From a virus (Duplodnaviria; Caudoviricetes): DNA of 58,581 bases. A model generated the notes under the pieces. The model did no database searches, was not told where the DNA came from, and saw only the letters and a program-made list of their open reading frames with translations. Where the stretch lies: positions 1 through 58,581 of IMG/VR virus record IMGVR_UViG_3300025732_000046. One strand, written 5' to 3'. Below are positions 1 to 9,407 of the stretch, one piece after another. Position 1 is the first letter of the stretch. The number at the start of each line of letters is the position of its first letter. The translations under genes were made by a program, and so were the position numbers.

Positions 1-290
1 TACCCTGGATACCTTGAGAACCTTGAGTACCTTGAGTTCCTGTACCTTGAATACCCTGGATACCTTGAGAACCTTGAGTACCTTGAGTTCCTGTACCTTG
101 AATACCCTGGATACCTTGAGAACCCTGGATACCTTGAGAACCTTGAGTACCTTGAGTTCCTGTACCTTGAATACCTTGAATACCTTGAGAACCCTGGATA
201 CCTTGAGAACCTTGAGTACCTTGAGTTCCTGTACCTTGAATACCTTGAATACCTTGAGAACCTTGGATACCCTGAGATCCAGCTCCTGTC
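1..290. repeat. Tandem coding repeat (51-bp units with 9-bp subunits) encoding collagen-like G-X-Q
   Basis: 1-51 and 52-102 are identical; further variant copies extend to ~290. Confidence 0.9.
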
Positions 291-532
291 GGAGAATCCC
301 ATTTGACACCACTACCAGTAGATACTAAAATACTTCCTGCTATACCTACTTGATTATTTCCATCATAAAGACCAGAACGAAGACGAATATTTCCATTTAC
401 ATCTAATTCTTGTGTTGCATTTGTCGTACCAATACCAACCTTTCCAGTTACTTCTAATACGGTATTGTTTTCTGTATAAGAATTAATACCAATTCTTAAA
501 TTTTTCTGGCGATTGCTGAGGTACTTTGCCAT
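1..532 (-). CDS. Collagen-like tail fibre protein, N-terminal part (runs off window start)
   Basis: Not in ORF track because it is truncated. ATG at 532 gives [51 protein letters not shown]..., then G-X-Q repeats to position 1. Confidence 0.85.
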   Translation of the reverse strand, partial: MAKYLSNRQKNLRIGINSYTENNTVLEVTGKVGIGTTNATQELDVNGNIRLRSGLYDGNNQVGIAGSILVSTGSGVKWDSPTGAGSQGIQGSQGIQGIQGTGTQGTQGSQGIQGSQGIQGIQGTGTQGTQGSQGIQGSQGIQGIQGTGTQGTQGSQGIQGIQGTGTQGTQGSQGIQG

Positions 533-543
533 TTGACTTTATA

Positions 544-873
544 TTAGTTGAGTGTCTCTAAGATGCTTGCAAGAAATTCAAGATTAGTAGCATTGCTACC
601 ATATATTACAAGTTTGTCGCCACTTTCCAATACTAATTTTCCAGAAAGAAGATTTGCAGTATCACTTGCAGAAATTGGATAATTTTTTAACATTCTTGTA
701 TCTGTTGCACCTCTGCGATGAACTAAAGTTACATCTTCAGAAGTTGCACCAATATTTGCAACTTGTGCTAAAAGAATAACTCCCGTATATCCAACAGGAG
801 CTGTATAAACTATTGTAGGACTTGTGGATACAACTGCTGTAACTGTTTGGAATACATTAAGTGCTAATGGCAT
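544..873 (-). CDS. Small virion structural/adaptor protein (paralog of 12184..12516)
   Basis: 109 aa beta-rich; shares ALN.F.T, VYT.P.G and GKLVLE.GDK with 12184..12516. Confidence 0.75.
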   Translation of the reverse strand: MPLALNVFQTVTAVVSTSPTIVYTAPVGYTGVILLAQVANIGATSEDVTLVHRRGATDTRMLKNYPISASDTANLLSGKLVLESGDKLVIYGSNATNLEFLASILETLN

Positions 874-876
874 TTA

Positions 877-3240
877 TCAATCTCCTCCTAATGCAAGAAT
901 AAATGGTGTCATTGTTGAAAATAAACTCTTAGAATAAAACGTTCCACTAATCGTTCCATTTTGCTGATTAATTACGACACCATCACCAATTCTAAAGTTT
1001 CCTGATTGATCTGTTGAAGTAAATACAACTAATCCACCATTTCTTCCATCAGTTTCATTTACTTGTATCGGAACTCCACCATTTGCAGGAAGTGCTTTTG
1101 CAATATCAGTTCCAGAACCAATATATTCAAGAGAATGACCAGATGCTAATACTCTACTTTGCTTAAAGAAATTCACCTCAGTTCCAACTCCAACACCATA
1201 TGGTACATTATCATTTACAGTAATTGTACAAATTCCAGAAGAAACTGGAGTTGAACTTATAATACTATAGTAAGTTGGAATAAGAATAGCAGTACCCGTA
1301 GCAGTATTTATTCCAACAGTAGGAGACCCAAAAGTAACTTTTGGAGTAGTAGTATATCCTCTTCCATTTGAAACCATTTCAACTGATATTACTTTTCCAT
1401 CCCTTACCTCAGCAACAGCAGTTGCAGGAATTCCCCAAGGACTTTCCGGAGATTCAATCGTTACATCAACATTTTCAGAGTACCCAGTTCCGCCAGAACC
1501 AACAGTTACTCCACCTATTGTATAATACAATCTTTCAAAATAAATGACTTGACCATCAAATGGTCTAGAAACATTAATCTTTGCAGTTCCACCTGAATTA
1601 TAAGTGTGAGATAAAGTTGATACTCCAACATAAACACTGAATGTTGTACTTGCTGCTGATACTACAGGAAGTGCATTTACTCCTGTAATATTTCCAGCAT
1701 CTAATCTTGTCGTTACAATACCAACAAGGTTATCAATAAATGACTGAACATCTGCACAAGATGCAGGACTTGTGTTACTTCCAGTGAGTGGATCTGGTGC
1801 AATTGTTAAATCTTTATTTGTAAGATTATTTGTAATCGCAAGTTTCATTAAATCTCTTGCTGAACTAAACCCAACAATTGTTTGTGGAACTTCGCTTGAA
1901 ATTCCTACAATAAGTGAAGACCCAGAATAATTAAAATATGCCTTTGTTGCTTCAATTGTATTTCTACTTGTAAAATCTCTTACATCAGTAGAAACAGCAT
2001 CTACAATATAACCAATATCCCTCTTACACTTATCTGGACTTGGGTTAACAAAAGATGGATAAACTGAAGAAATACCAGCATAAGCAGTATCAATAATTTC
2101 TTGACGATTTGCTTGAATTAAATTATAAGAATCAACATATCTTCCTGGAGCAACTGTAACTGTTTCAAAGATATAACCTTTATTTCCTGATGGATAGGTT
2201 ACAATTCCTGGACCAGAAGGGCAGGTAAAACCAAGTCCAGCAATTGAAATACCCATTCCAACTGAGAACTTATGCGGAGAATCTGTCGTTGCAGTTAGAA
2301 TTCCACTTACATTATCATATCTTGCAGAGGTGATATTTAATGTTGGAACGTTTAAATTTAAAACAAAAGTATCATCATTTGCTGGAGATGCTGCAGTAAT
2401 AATTCCAGTATATTTTAAAGGACCAACTCCATCAGCAACAAGTGCATAGTTACCGAATGATGAGTTAGAGTTTGTTAAGTCGCAAGCACCTCCAGTCCCA
2501 CAGAAGATTGCAACGTCATTACAAATCGTAAATATAGAAACTAACTGAGCATAACCTTCGTTAGTAATTGAAACTCCTATACCACCTTGATTGTATTGAG
2601 TATAGGAGTCAACGACCATTGATTTTAATGGTCCAATTGCTTTCTTTCCATCAATCTTCATTCCAATACTATTTGGAATAAAATTGGTACAATTCTGAAC
2701 GTATGGTGATTGATCAAAGTATCCTATTTCTTCTGGATTAAATGCAAAAACTGCCTTTCCTGAATTTAAAGTTCCAGTAAAAGACATCTCAGCAATATAA
2801 TTTCCATTTGAAACGTGGAATAAATCTTCACCTGCATTTTGTGGAGATACTGATACTTCCCTTAAACTATCTCCAACGATTGATACTTGTTCGGGAATAA
2901 CTAAGGGGTTATTTTCTACATAAGATCCAGCACTAACTTTAATAACTGTTCCTGTTGTTGCTGATGTGAGTGCTCCTCTGATTGTTGCCTTTGCGTCTCC
3001 AAGTTTTTTTCCTGTGTTTGTGTCGTTTCCATCTTCAGTTACATAAAGAATATTAGTGACTCTTGATCCAGCACCAAGATTAACAACATCAGTGCCAACC
3101 CCAGTGCGATCTCTTAATGTATATAAATCACCATCATAAGTATTGACTGCAAGTACTCCCGTAAGCAGCTGCTCTACTGTTGGTTTCTTACCGGGAACTG
3201 AGGATCTAAGAATCCTTACGATAGGATCTGTATTTATCAT
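877..3240 (-). CDS. Virion structural protein with beta-helix-like domain (paralog of 12520..15219)
   Basis: 787 aa; YVTEDGNDTNTG...KATIRGAL...VSAGSYVENNPL motif; C-terminal SGHSLEYIGSG...TPFILALG shared with paralog. Confidence 0.8.
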   Translation of the reverse strand: MINTDPIVRILRSSVPGKKPTVEQLLTGVLAVNTYDGDLYTLRDRTGVGTDVVNLGAGSRVTNILYVTEDGNDTNTGKKLGDAKATIRGALTSATTGTVIKVSAGSYVENNPLVIPEQVSIVGDSLREVSVSPQNAGEDLFHVSNGNYIAEMSFTGTLNSGKAVFAFNPEEIGYFDQSPYVQNCTNFIPNSIGMKIDGKKAIGPLKSMVVDSYTQYNQGGIGVSITNEGYAQLVSIFTICNDVAIFCGTGGACDLTNSNSSFGNYALVADGVGPLKYTGIITAASPANDDTFVLNLNVPTLNITSARYDNVSGILTATTDSPHKFSVGMGISIAGLGFTCPSGPGIVTYPSGNKGYIFETVTVAPGRYVDSYNLIQANRQEIIDTAYAGISSVYPSFVNPSPDKCKRDIGYIVDAVSTDVRDFTSRNTIEATKAYFNYSGSSLIVGISSEVPQTIVGFSSARDLMKLAITNNLTNKDLTIAPDPLTGSNTSPASCADVQSFIDNLVGIVTTRLDAGNITGVNALPVVSAASTTFSVYVGVSTLSHTYNSGGTAKINVSRPFDGQVIYFERLYYTIGGVTVGSGGTGYSENVDVTIESPESPWGIPATAVAEVRDGKVISVEMVSNGRGYTTTPKVTFGSPTVGINTATGTAILIPTYYSIISSTPVSSGICTITVNDNVPYGVGVGTEVNFFKQSRVLASGHSLEYIGSGTDIAKALPANGGVPIQVNETDGRNGGLVVFTSTDQSGNFRIGDGVVINQQNGTISGTFYSKSLFSTMTPFILALGGD

Positions 3241-3304
3241 TCAATTTAAGATGGTGGTATATACCGCAAAACAACCCAATATTTATTGGAGTTTTAGATA
3301 TTTA

Positions 3305-4393
3305 TTAATATTCTCCGCAATCTATGATGATGTTTTGGAGGAATCTTTCTGTACCTATTGCAACGATTACAGTAGAAATTCCTGCACTATCATTAAATAT
3401 CAAACTCCCACCAATACCAACAGACCCCAATACTGTTAATTGTTCTGTTGGATTTGTTGTGCCAATTCCAACATTTGATAAAGTATTAATACCAACATCA
3501 GTTTGGACCCAATAAGTATCTCCTGTTAATCCTTGAACTCCTTGAATTCCCTGTATACCTTGATTTCCCTGAAGTCCTTGAGTTCCTTGAGAACCGGTAA
3601 TTCCCTGAATACCTTGAATTCCTTGTTCTCCCTGAACCCCCTGTAACCCCTGGTCTCCTTGAATGCCAAATTGACCTTGAATACCTTGGATACCCTGTTG
3701 TCCCTGAATACCTTGAAGTCCTTGTTGACCTTGAATTCCTTGAATACCTTGGATTCCTTGCTGTCCTTGGATTCCTTGAAGTCCTTGTTGACCTTGAATC
3801 CCCTGAATACCTTGGATTCCTTGTTGACCTTGGATTCCCTGAAGTCCTTGTTGACCTTGAATCCCCTGAATACCTTGGATTCCTTGTTGACCTTGGATTC
3901 CCTGAAGTCCTTGCTGACCCTGAATTCCTTGAATTCCCTGTTGACCCTGAATTCCTTGCTGTCCTTGTATTCCCTGTTGACCTTGAATTCCCTGAAGTCC
4001 CTGTTGACCTTGAATTCCCTGAAGTCCCTGTTGACCTTGAATTCCCTGGATTCCTTGCTGACCTTGTATTCCTTGTTGACCCTGAGTTCCCTGAAGTCCT
4101 TGTTGACCTTGAATTCCTTGGATACCTTGAATACCCTGAATTCCTTGGCCAGCAAAAGCACCATCAAGTCCCTGAGCACCTTGAATACCTTGGAGTCCTT
4201 GAATTCCCTGAATACCCTGAAGTCCTTGGATACCTTGAATACCCTGAAGGCTATCTGCTTCTCTTGTAACTTTTAAGGAAGGTACATAACCAGCAGTTAC
4301 ATTATAAGAAGTGGATCCAAGAGAAACTGTTGAAGAATTACTCCCAGATCCTATTACATTATAACCAGTACTTCCAATCGTTACCGTAGGCAT
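3305..4393 (-). CDS. Collagen-like tail fibre protein
   Basis: 362 aa; about 80 G-(I/L/Q)-Q triplets; C-terminal NVGIGTTNP fibre motif. Confidence 0.85.
   Translation of the reverse strand: MPTVTIGSTGYNVIGSGSNSSTVSLGSTSYNVTAGYVPSLKVTREADSLQGIQGIQGLQGIQGIQGLQGIQGAQGLDGAFAGQGIQGIQGIQGIQGQQGLQGTQGQQGIQGQQGIQGIQGQQGLQGIQGQQGLQGIQGQQGIQGQQGIQGQQGIQGIQGQQGLQGIQGQQGIQGIQGIQGQQGLQGIQGQQGIQGIQGIQGQQGLQGIQGQQGIQGIQGIQGQQGLQGIQGQQGIQGIQGQFGIQGDQGLQGVQGEQGIQGIQGITGSQGTQGLQGNQGIQGIQGVQGLTGDTYWVQTDVGINTLSNVGIGTTNPTEQLTVLGSVGIGGSLIFNDSAGISTVIVAIGTERFLQNIIIDCGEY
3530..4250. repeat. Collagen-coding 9-bp repeat array with higher-order 27/36-bp units
   Basis: Recurrent ccttgttgaccttgaat / ccctgaagtccttg units. 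Confidence 0.9.
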
Positions 4394-4725
4394 TAGAGTG
4401 ACGCAGTTGCTTTTATAAGAGCCATTCCATCAACTACTTTTACTTTCTTTCCTCCAGAAGTTGTGGTAATAACATCATAATAATATCTTCCTGGTTTTAG
4501 ATCATCGGTAACAGTATTAGCAAGAGATACAACAATTTGCCCTGCAGCAGTTACGATACCAACACCAAAAGAAGTATAAGAAACAGATTCTGGAAATTTT
4601 CTTATCTTTGCAGTCGCAGTGTGTCCTGTTAAATCTAAAGGACTTCCATCGGGATTATTAACAGTAAAAACTTCTTGATAATCAGTTCCCTGCTCTATAA
4701 CAATATTAACTGCTGGAACAGCCAT
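4393..4725 (-). CDS. Small Ig-like baseplate/fibre attachment protein (BppU-N-like)
   Basis: 110 aa; NIVIEQGTDY...LDLTGHTATAKIRK...GRYYYDV pattern. Confidence 0.65.
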   Translation of the reverse strand: MAVPAVNIVIEQGTDYQEVFTVNNPDGSPLDLTGHTATAKIRKFPESVSYTSFGVGIVTAAGQIVVSLANTVTDDLKPGRYYYDVITTTSGGKKVKVVDGMALIKATASL

Positions 4726-4761
4726 TTTTTAAATATTATACTTTTAATTATTTATTGACAT

Positions 4762-4793
4762 AAAAAAAAATCCTCTTGATTTCTCAAGAGGAC
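4762..4793 (-). terminator. Rho-independent terminator after the oxygenase pair
   Basis: TCCTCTTGA-GAAA-TCAAGAGGA hairpin followed by T9 on minus strand. Confidence 0.85.
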
Positions 4794-4804
4794 TAATACC
4801 TTTA

Positions 4805-5518
4805 TTATCGGTCTCCTGCGTGATTTGCTCTATAACCATCAGAGAGGACATAATGAAAGAAAATTTGATGATAATATAATCCTTCTATCTCTACCTTTCT
4901 ACCATACCAAGTTCTTCTATATTCTCTTGCCATTGGTTCTCTCCAATGGGGACGTTCGCACCCCTTATAAAGCATCCCATCACCAGGATTAAGAATCACT
5001 GAGCGATTTTCACCTTTTTTAAGAATATTTGTTTTATTAACGGGATCATCATAAGTATCTGGAGTTTTAATCCAAATCGGCCAAGGAGTTTTTGCATTCG
5101 TTCCAACGTGAATAGTCACAGAAATTTCACAAGCAGGACGATCTGCATGATTTGTTAATTCTTGTCCTGGATTATAAAAACGATCATAATAATAAGTATT
5201 ATAAAGTTTTTTACCTATTTCTTTTTCAAGTTTTAATCTAATTTGAGAATGAGCATACTTATAAGGTGGATAATAATACCTTGAAGTAGAACCTTCTACT
5301 TGATTTTCTACAGGTTGATTAGAAAACTTTTCAAGTTTTCCGTAATAATCATACTTACCTTTAATTTCTGGTGGAGGACAATAAAAATCTTGAGGATCCC
5401 ATAAGTTTCTTAAAACTAAATATCCATCACGATCAAATTGTTCATTGTTTGTGGGTGAAGTATTAGCATTGACTCTTTCTTGAAAGTCAATTTGCTCTTG
5501 AGTCATTTGTTCTGCCAT
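4805..5518 (-). CDS. 2OG-Fe(II) oxygenase superfamily protein
   Basis: HADRPACEISVT (HxD) and GDGMLYKGCERPHWRE (distal His), then QIFFHYV. Confidence 0.8.
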   Translation of the reverse strand: MAEQMTQEQIDFQERVNANTSPTNNEQFDRDGYLVLRNLWDPQDFYCPPPEIKGKYDYYGKLEKFSNQPVENQVEGSTSRYYYPPYKYAHSQIRLKLEKEIGKKLYNTYYYDRFYNPGQELTNHADRPACEISVTIHVGTNAKTPWPIWIKTPDTYDDPVNKTNILKKGENRSVILNPGDGMLYKGCERPHWREPMAREYRRTWYGRKVEIEGLYYHQIFFHYVLSDGYRANHAGDR

Positions 5519-5532
5519 AATTTAACTCCAAC

Positions 5533-6168
5533 TCAACGAAAACGAGGCCCGACTGTCCAACCAACAATACTCTTACGGACACCTTTAGTTACCTTTTGAA
5601 CTCTATGTTGTGTTCTGGAATCAAAAAGAATAATGGTTCCTCTTTGTCTTGGTGCAATATAAGATTTTCCGGATTCATCAATAAACTGTAAATTTCCTCC
5701 TTCATAAGTATCTGGATCTGAAAGTAACAAACTAAAAGAAAGTTTTCTTACCTTTTCACAGTTTTCGTTAATAAAATCGGTGGCAATTGCTTCTCCGTGT
5801 CCTCTATTTCCGCCAGACATTGGTTTATAATAAGATGCAAGTCCGGCATCGTTATGCCATCCATAATATTCACCTTCTCCATATACAGTATATTGAAGTG
5901 ATTCTCCATCAATATTTGTTAGGTCGTATAAAAAATTCTCACGATTTGCTCTTTGTACATAATGCCAAACAAATCCAGCAATCCAGTGATTTGTTGGAAC
6001 CCAAGCATTTTTCGCGTTTCTTTTATCTTTATCTACAGTTCCATAATCACCACCGCCCACTCTAGAATCTTGTAATTGTGGGTCAAATTTTTCTGCAAGA
6101 TCTTCTTCTATAATATCTACAATTTTATTCGGTAGATTGGTATAGTACCATATAGATTGAAAAGCCAC
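5533..6168 (-). CDS. 2OG-Fe(II) oxygenase (PKHD/prolyl-hydroxylase-like)
   Basis: YGWHND, RKLSFSLLL, YEGGNL, HRVQKVTKGVRKSIVGW. Probable GTG start at 6168 with AAGGAG 6 nt upstream. Confidence 0.88.
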   Translation of the reverse strand: MAFQSIWYYTNLPNKIVDIIEEDLAEKFDPQLQDSRVGGGDYGTVDKDKRNAKNAWVPTNHWIAGFVWHYVQRANRENFLYDLTNIDGESLQYTVYGEGEYYGWHNDAGLASYYKPMSGGNRGHGEAIATDFINENCEKVRKLSFSLLLSDPDTYEGGNLQFIDESGKSYIAPRQRGTIILFDSRTQHRVQKVTKGVRKSIVGWTVGPRFR

Positions 6169-6198
6169 TTTCAACTCCTTATTTTTTTATTCAATAAC

Positions 6199-6227
6199 AT
6201 TATATATTATTATTATCAAATAAGCAA
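6199..6227 (-). promoter_or_regulatory. Sigma70-like (early) promoter for the oxygenase pair
   Basis: TTGCTT-17 nt-TATAAT. Confidence 0.6.
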
Positions 6228-6237
6228 TCAAAAATTA

Positions 6238-6615
6238 CTAATCAACCTGAATAACAATCCAATTTACAGTTTCTTCATTCCAAAAATAAATGGATCCATC
6301 TGGAAGAGTATTAGATGGCATAGGTATTGGTGGTTCCCATGTATATGTTTCTTGATTTAAAACCCAAGATTGCTGTGGTTTAGGGGGAAGAAAAGCATCT
6401 AAATTTTCATCATATATACAACCAATTCCAGCAAATCTATACCTAATATTAGAATTATAAGATGTTTGAATCCATCGGCCACCATGAACTGACTCCATGT
6501 GAGCAATACCAAGAGATTCTACTTCATTTCCATTTTCATCTTTTAAATATTCATTGTTTACAACGAGAATTTCCTGAACTACATTATTTTCATCTAATCG
6601 TGCAAAATGTGCCAT
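6238..6615 (-). CDS. Conserved phage protein (MAHFA.LDENN family), tail-associated
   Basis: Start reassigned to ATG 6615 (AAGGAG upstream); WIQTSYN...R.RFAGIG..YD...DAF.PPKP..SW. Confidence 0.75.
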   Translation of the reverse strand: MAHFARLDENNVVQEILVVNNEYLKDENGNEVESLGIAHMESVHGGRWIQTSYNSNIRYRFAGIGCIYDENLDAFLPPKPQQSWVLNQETYTWEPPIPMPSNTLPDGSIYFWNEETVNWIVIQVD

Positions 6616-6632
6616 TTTATTTCTCCTTATAA

Positions 6633-7559
6633 TTATGTTGCGTTGAAAGTAATTGTTCCTGGGCCAGAGTTCCAACGATACACATTATATCCAGGTTGGG
6701 CAGGAGTTGGAGTATTACCAGTAACTGTTGCTGCAGCCCATGACGTAGGATAACGAACAACTACAAATCCAGATCCTCCAGCACCGCCGTTGTTGGAGGT
6801 GCCACCGCCACCGCCACCGCCTCCGGTATTTACAGTTGCAGTACCACCAATACCTGTGCTGGAGCCATTTCCTCCTCCATCATTACCAGGTGCTCCGCCA
6901 GCAGTTGGACCGTAACCTCCTCCTCCTCCTCCGCCTGCAATAGTAGAAGCTATACCAATGATATAAGCAGGAACGCCATAACCACCAAAAGACCCAGCAA
7001 TGAATGGACTTGGACTGCCATACGTAGGAGTTCCTGCACCACTTCCACCGTAATTATTAACAGGGTAAGGTATATATTCTGTGCTAAATCCACAAATTGT
7101 ATAAAAACCATCAGAAGATACATTAATATCAGTTGTCCTATTAATAAATTGACGTTGTTCAATAACATTACCATACGCCGGATACGGGGCACCATTGTTA
7201 TTTAAACCACCTGAAGGAGCAAAAATTCTACCATCAACCCAAGGTGTAGGAGCTGGTCCAAATGCATTATATGTAGCACCTCCACCTCCACCCATGACTA
7301 TTTCATTTGCAAAACTTGTATTACTTCCATTAGACCCAGCAGCACCACCAGCACCTACTGAAATTGTATATGATTTTCCAATAATTGCAAATGTTTTTTT
7401 ATACATAACTGTTCCACCGCCGCCGCCTGAGCCACCCAGGCCTGGCCCAGCTGGGCCGCCAGCGGAGCCACCTCCACCACCGGCAACCATAAAAAGTTCA
7501 ATAGGAACCAATGCGATGTTAGTATTCGCACCCGAAAAAAATTGACTTAAGTTTGACAT
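6633..7559 (-). CDS. Glycine-rich domain protein (putative fibre tip/receptor-binding)
   Basis: 308 aa; VAGGGGG...GGAGGSGFVVVRYP glycine-rich domain signature. Confidence 0.8.
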   Translation of the reverse strand: MSNLSQFFSGANTNIALVPIELFMVAGGGGGSAGGPAGPGLGGSGGGGGTVMYKKTFAIIGKSYTISVGAGGAAGSNGSNTSFANEIVMGGGGGATYNAFGPAPTPWVDGRIFAPSGGLNNNGAPYPAYGNVIEQRQFINRTTDINVSSDGFYTICGFSTEYIPYPVNNYGGSGAGTPTYGSPSPFIAGSFGGYGVPAYIIGIASTIAGGGGGGGYGPTAGGAPGNDGGGNGSSTGIGGTATVNTGGGGGGGGTSNNGGAGGSGFVVVRYPTSWAAATVTGNTPTPAQPGYNVYRWNSGPGTITFNAT

Positions 7560-7580
7560 TTATTTTATCCTCCTTTTTAA

Positions 7581-7925
7581 TTAAGAAATAACCCAACCAC
7601 GGGTAGCATCAATATAAATTAATCTTACAGGTGCATATGCAACATCAATCGTCATATTTTCATTAAGTCCCATAATTCTATTAGTACTACCTGCTGTTGA
7701 TATAGCAACAGCAGTATAATTACCAACCACTACTTCAACTTCATTTCCTGGATTAGCAGTTGTAGGTAGAGTAATTGTTTGACTATCAGAAGTTACATAA
7801 ATTATCTCTCTATTTGAAATAGTTTGAGTTCCGCCAGCAGTCACTTCCCCATATATTGATGATACACCAATCGCAATTCTACGATTGTTATCAATAACAT
7901 TAGTTCCACTAATTTGAATTGCCAT
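7581..7925 (-). CDS. Small tail fibre-associated protein
   Basis: 114 aa; MAIQISGTNVIDNNR N-terminus; TITLP...GNEV...LIYIDATRGW, similar to T4 long-fibre repeat units. Confidence 0.7.
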   Translation of the reverse strand: MAIQISGTNVIDNNRRIAIGVSSIYGEVTAGGTQTISNREIIYVTSDSQTITLPTTANPGNEVEVVVGNYTAVAISTAGSTNRIMGLNENMTIDVAYAPVRLIYIDATRGWVIS

Positions 7926-8003
7926 TATTTACCTCCCCGACCTCAAATGGATAAGGTTTCTCTTTGCCATCTTCGTGTCCCCACTCGGCATTACAAGTAT
8001 TAT

Positions 8004-9389
8004 TTATGAGATTTTTGATTTGAGTTCTTGTACTTCTTCCGATAATTCTTTAACTGCTTGTATTAGAACACCAATCAATCCATTATAATTTACAGATTTA
8101 ATATCTCCATCTTTCACAAGTTGAGGAAGAACCTGCTCAAGTTCTTGAGCAATCACACCAATAGAAGGTTCTTGATTTCTCTTCCAAGTAAAATTAACTC
8201 CTCTTAAAGAATTAATTGTTTCAAGTGCATTATCAAAAGTTTCTATATTTTCCTTAATTCTTTTATCAGAATTTGAGTTAAGATTTGCTGCAGTTACATC
8301 AAAAGTAGCATTTAAATATGCACAACTAATAGTACCAGCACTGAAATCTCCACTTGCATCACGAGCAACAATATTATCACTTCCAGTTGTAGATGCATTT
8401 ACATTAATAGTTCTTGCTGTAGAACCATTATAAGTTGTTCCAGTGGTATAAGTTATGTAACTACCCGCAGTTAAACTACTTAAAGTACTTCCTAATGAAA
8501 CTCCAGAGATAGTAGAATTTGCAAGATTTGCGTTGGTAATTCCAGCAGATCCAGACAAATTAGAATTTGTCAGTCCAGAAATAGTATTAGAACCTGCTGA
8601 AATTGTTTTATTTGTAAGAGTATCTGTAGTATTTCTTCCAATTAAAGTGTCAGTTGCTGCAGGAAGAGTTAATGTTCCGGAAGCAGTTGCGGATGCTTGT
8701 AGTGTAGTAGAACCTGAAGTTGATCCATCAAGAATAACTCCACCATTAACATCAATACCACCAGAAGTAACTACTGGAGAAGTTAATGATGGACTGGTTA
8801 GAGTTTTATTTGTAAGAGTTTGAGTATCTGTAGTTCCAACAATATTTCCAGAAGGTGGAGTTTTACCTCTTAAATAATCTGCGTTTAAATTGGTAACAAG
8901 TGTTTGAGATAAAACGCTAAGAGGTTGCGTTCCCGTTGTAACTGTTGAAATAAATTGACCAGCAGAAACATTACCAACTACCGTAAGTTTTTGTGTTGGT
9001 ATAGATGTTCCTATTCCAACATTTCCAAGAGAACGATAAATGGTATTTCCAGAACCGACTGACCAAGTTTGAAGTTCTGCATTTACTAAAGGAATATCAT
9101 TAAGATAAAATGCAGAAGCAGTAATAATACCAGAAGTATTCCAACTAAGAGTTGGGTCAATTGTTAGGACACTTGTTGCTGTTCCAACTAAATCGCCATA
9201 AAAAGAAGAAGCAGTAATCACTCCCGATGCTCTTATTCCACCATAAACATCAAGTTTTGTAGTGGGAATAGTTGAACCAATTCCAACAAATCCAGATGCA
9301 CCTTCAGTAATCGCAATACTTTGAGTTGAATCAGTAATATAGAGAAAGGATCCAAATTGTGAAAGTTCTCTATTTCTGGTTATGGACAT
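8004..9389 (-). CDS. Tail fibre with C-terminal intramolecular chaperone (peptidase S74)
   Basis: NSNSDKRIKENI...GVIAQELE...VNYNGLIGVLIQAVKEL; T-D-T-L-T-N-K-T repeats. Confidence 0.9.
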   Translation of the reverse strand: MSITRNRELSQFGSFLYITDSTQSIAITEGASGFVGIGSTIPTTKLDVYGGIRASGVITASSFYGDLVGTATSVLTIDPTLSWNTSGIITASAFYLNDIPLVNAELQTWSVGSGNTIYRSLGNVGIGTSIPTQKLTVVGNVSAGQFISTVTTGTQPLSVLSQTLVTNLNADYLRGKTPPSGNIVGTTDTQTLTNKTLTSPSLTSPVVTSGGIDVNGGVILDGSTSGSTTLQASATASGTLTLPAATDTLIGRNTTDTLTNKTISAGSNTISGLTNSNLSGSAGITNANLANSTISGVSLGSTLSSLTAGSYITYTTGTTYNGSTARTINVNASTTGSDNIVARDASGDFSAGTISCAYLNATFDVTAANLNSNSDKRIKENIETFDNALETINSLRGVNFTWKRNQEPSIGVIAQELEQVLPQLVKDGDIKSVNYNGLIGVLIQAVKELSEEVQELKSKIS

Positions 9390-9407
9390 TGCTCTCTCCT
9401 TATATTA

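Noticed and set aside
3660-4140. Possible CRISPR array
   Set aside because: Repeats are contiguous in-frame coding units with no unique spacers. The Cas4-like nuclease at 49412 is a standard solo T4-like exonuclease
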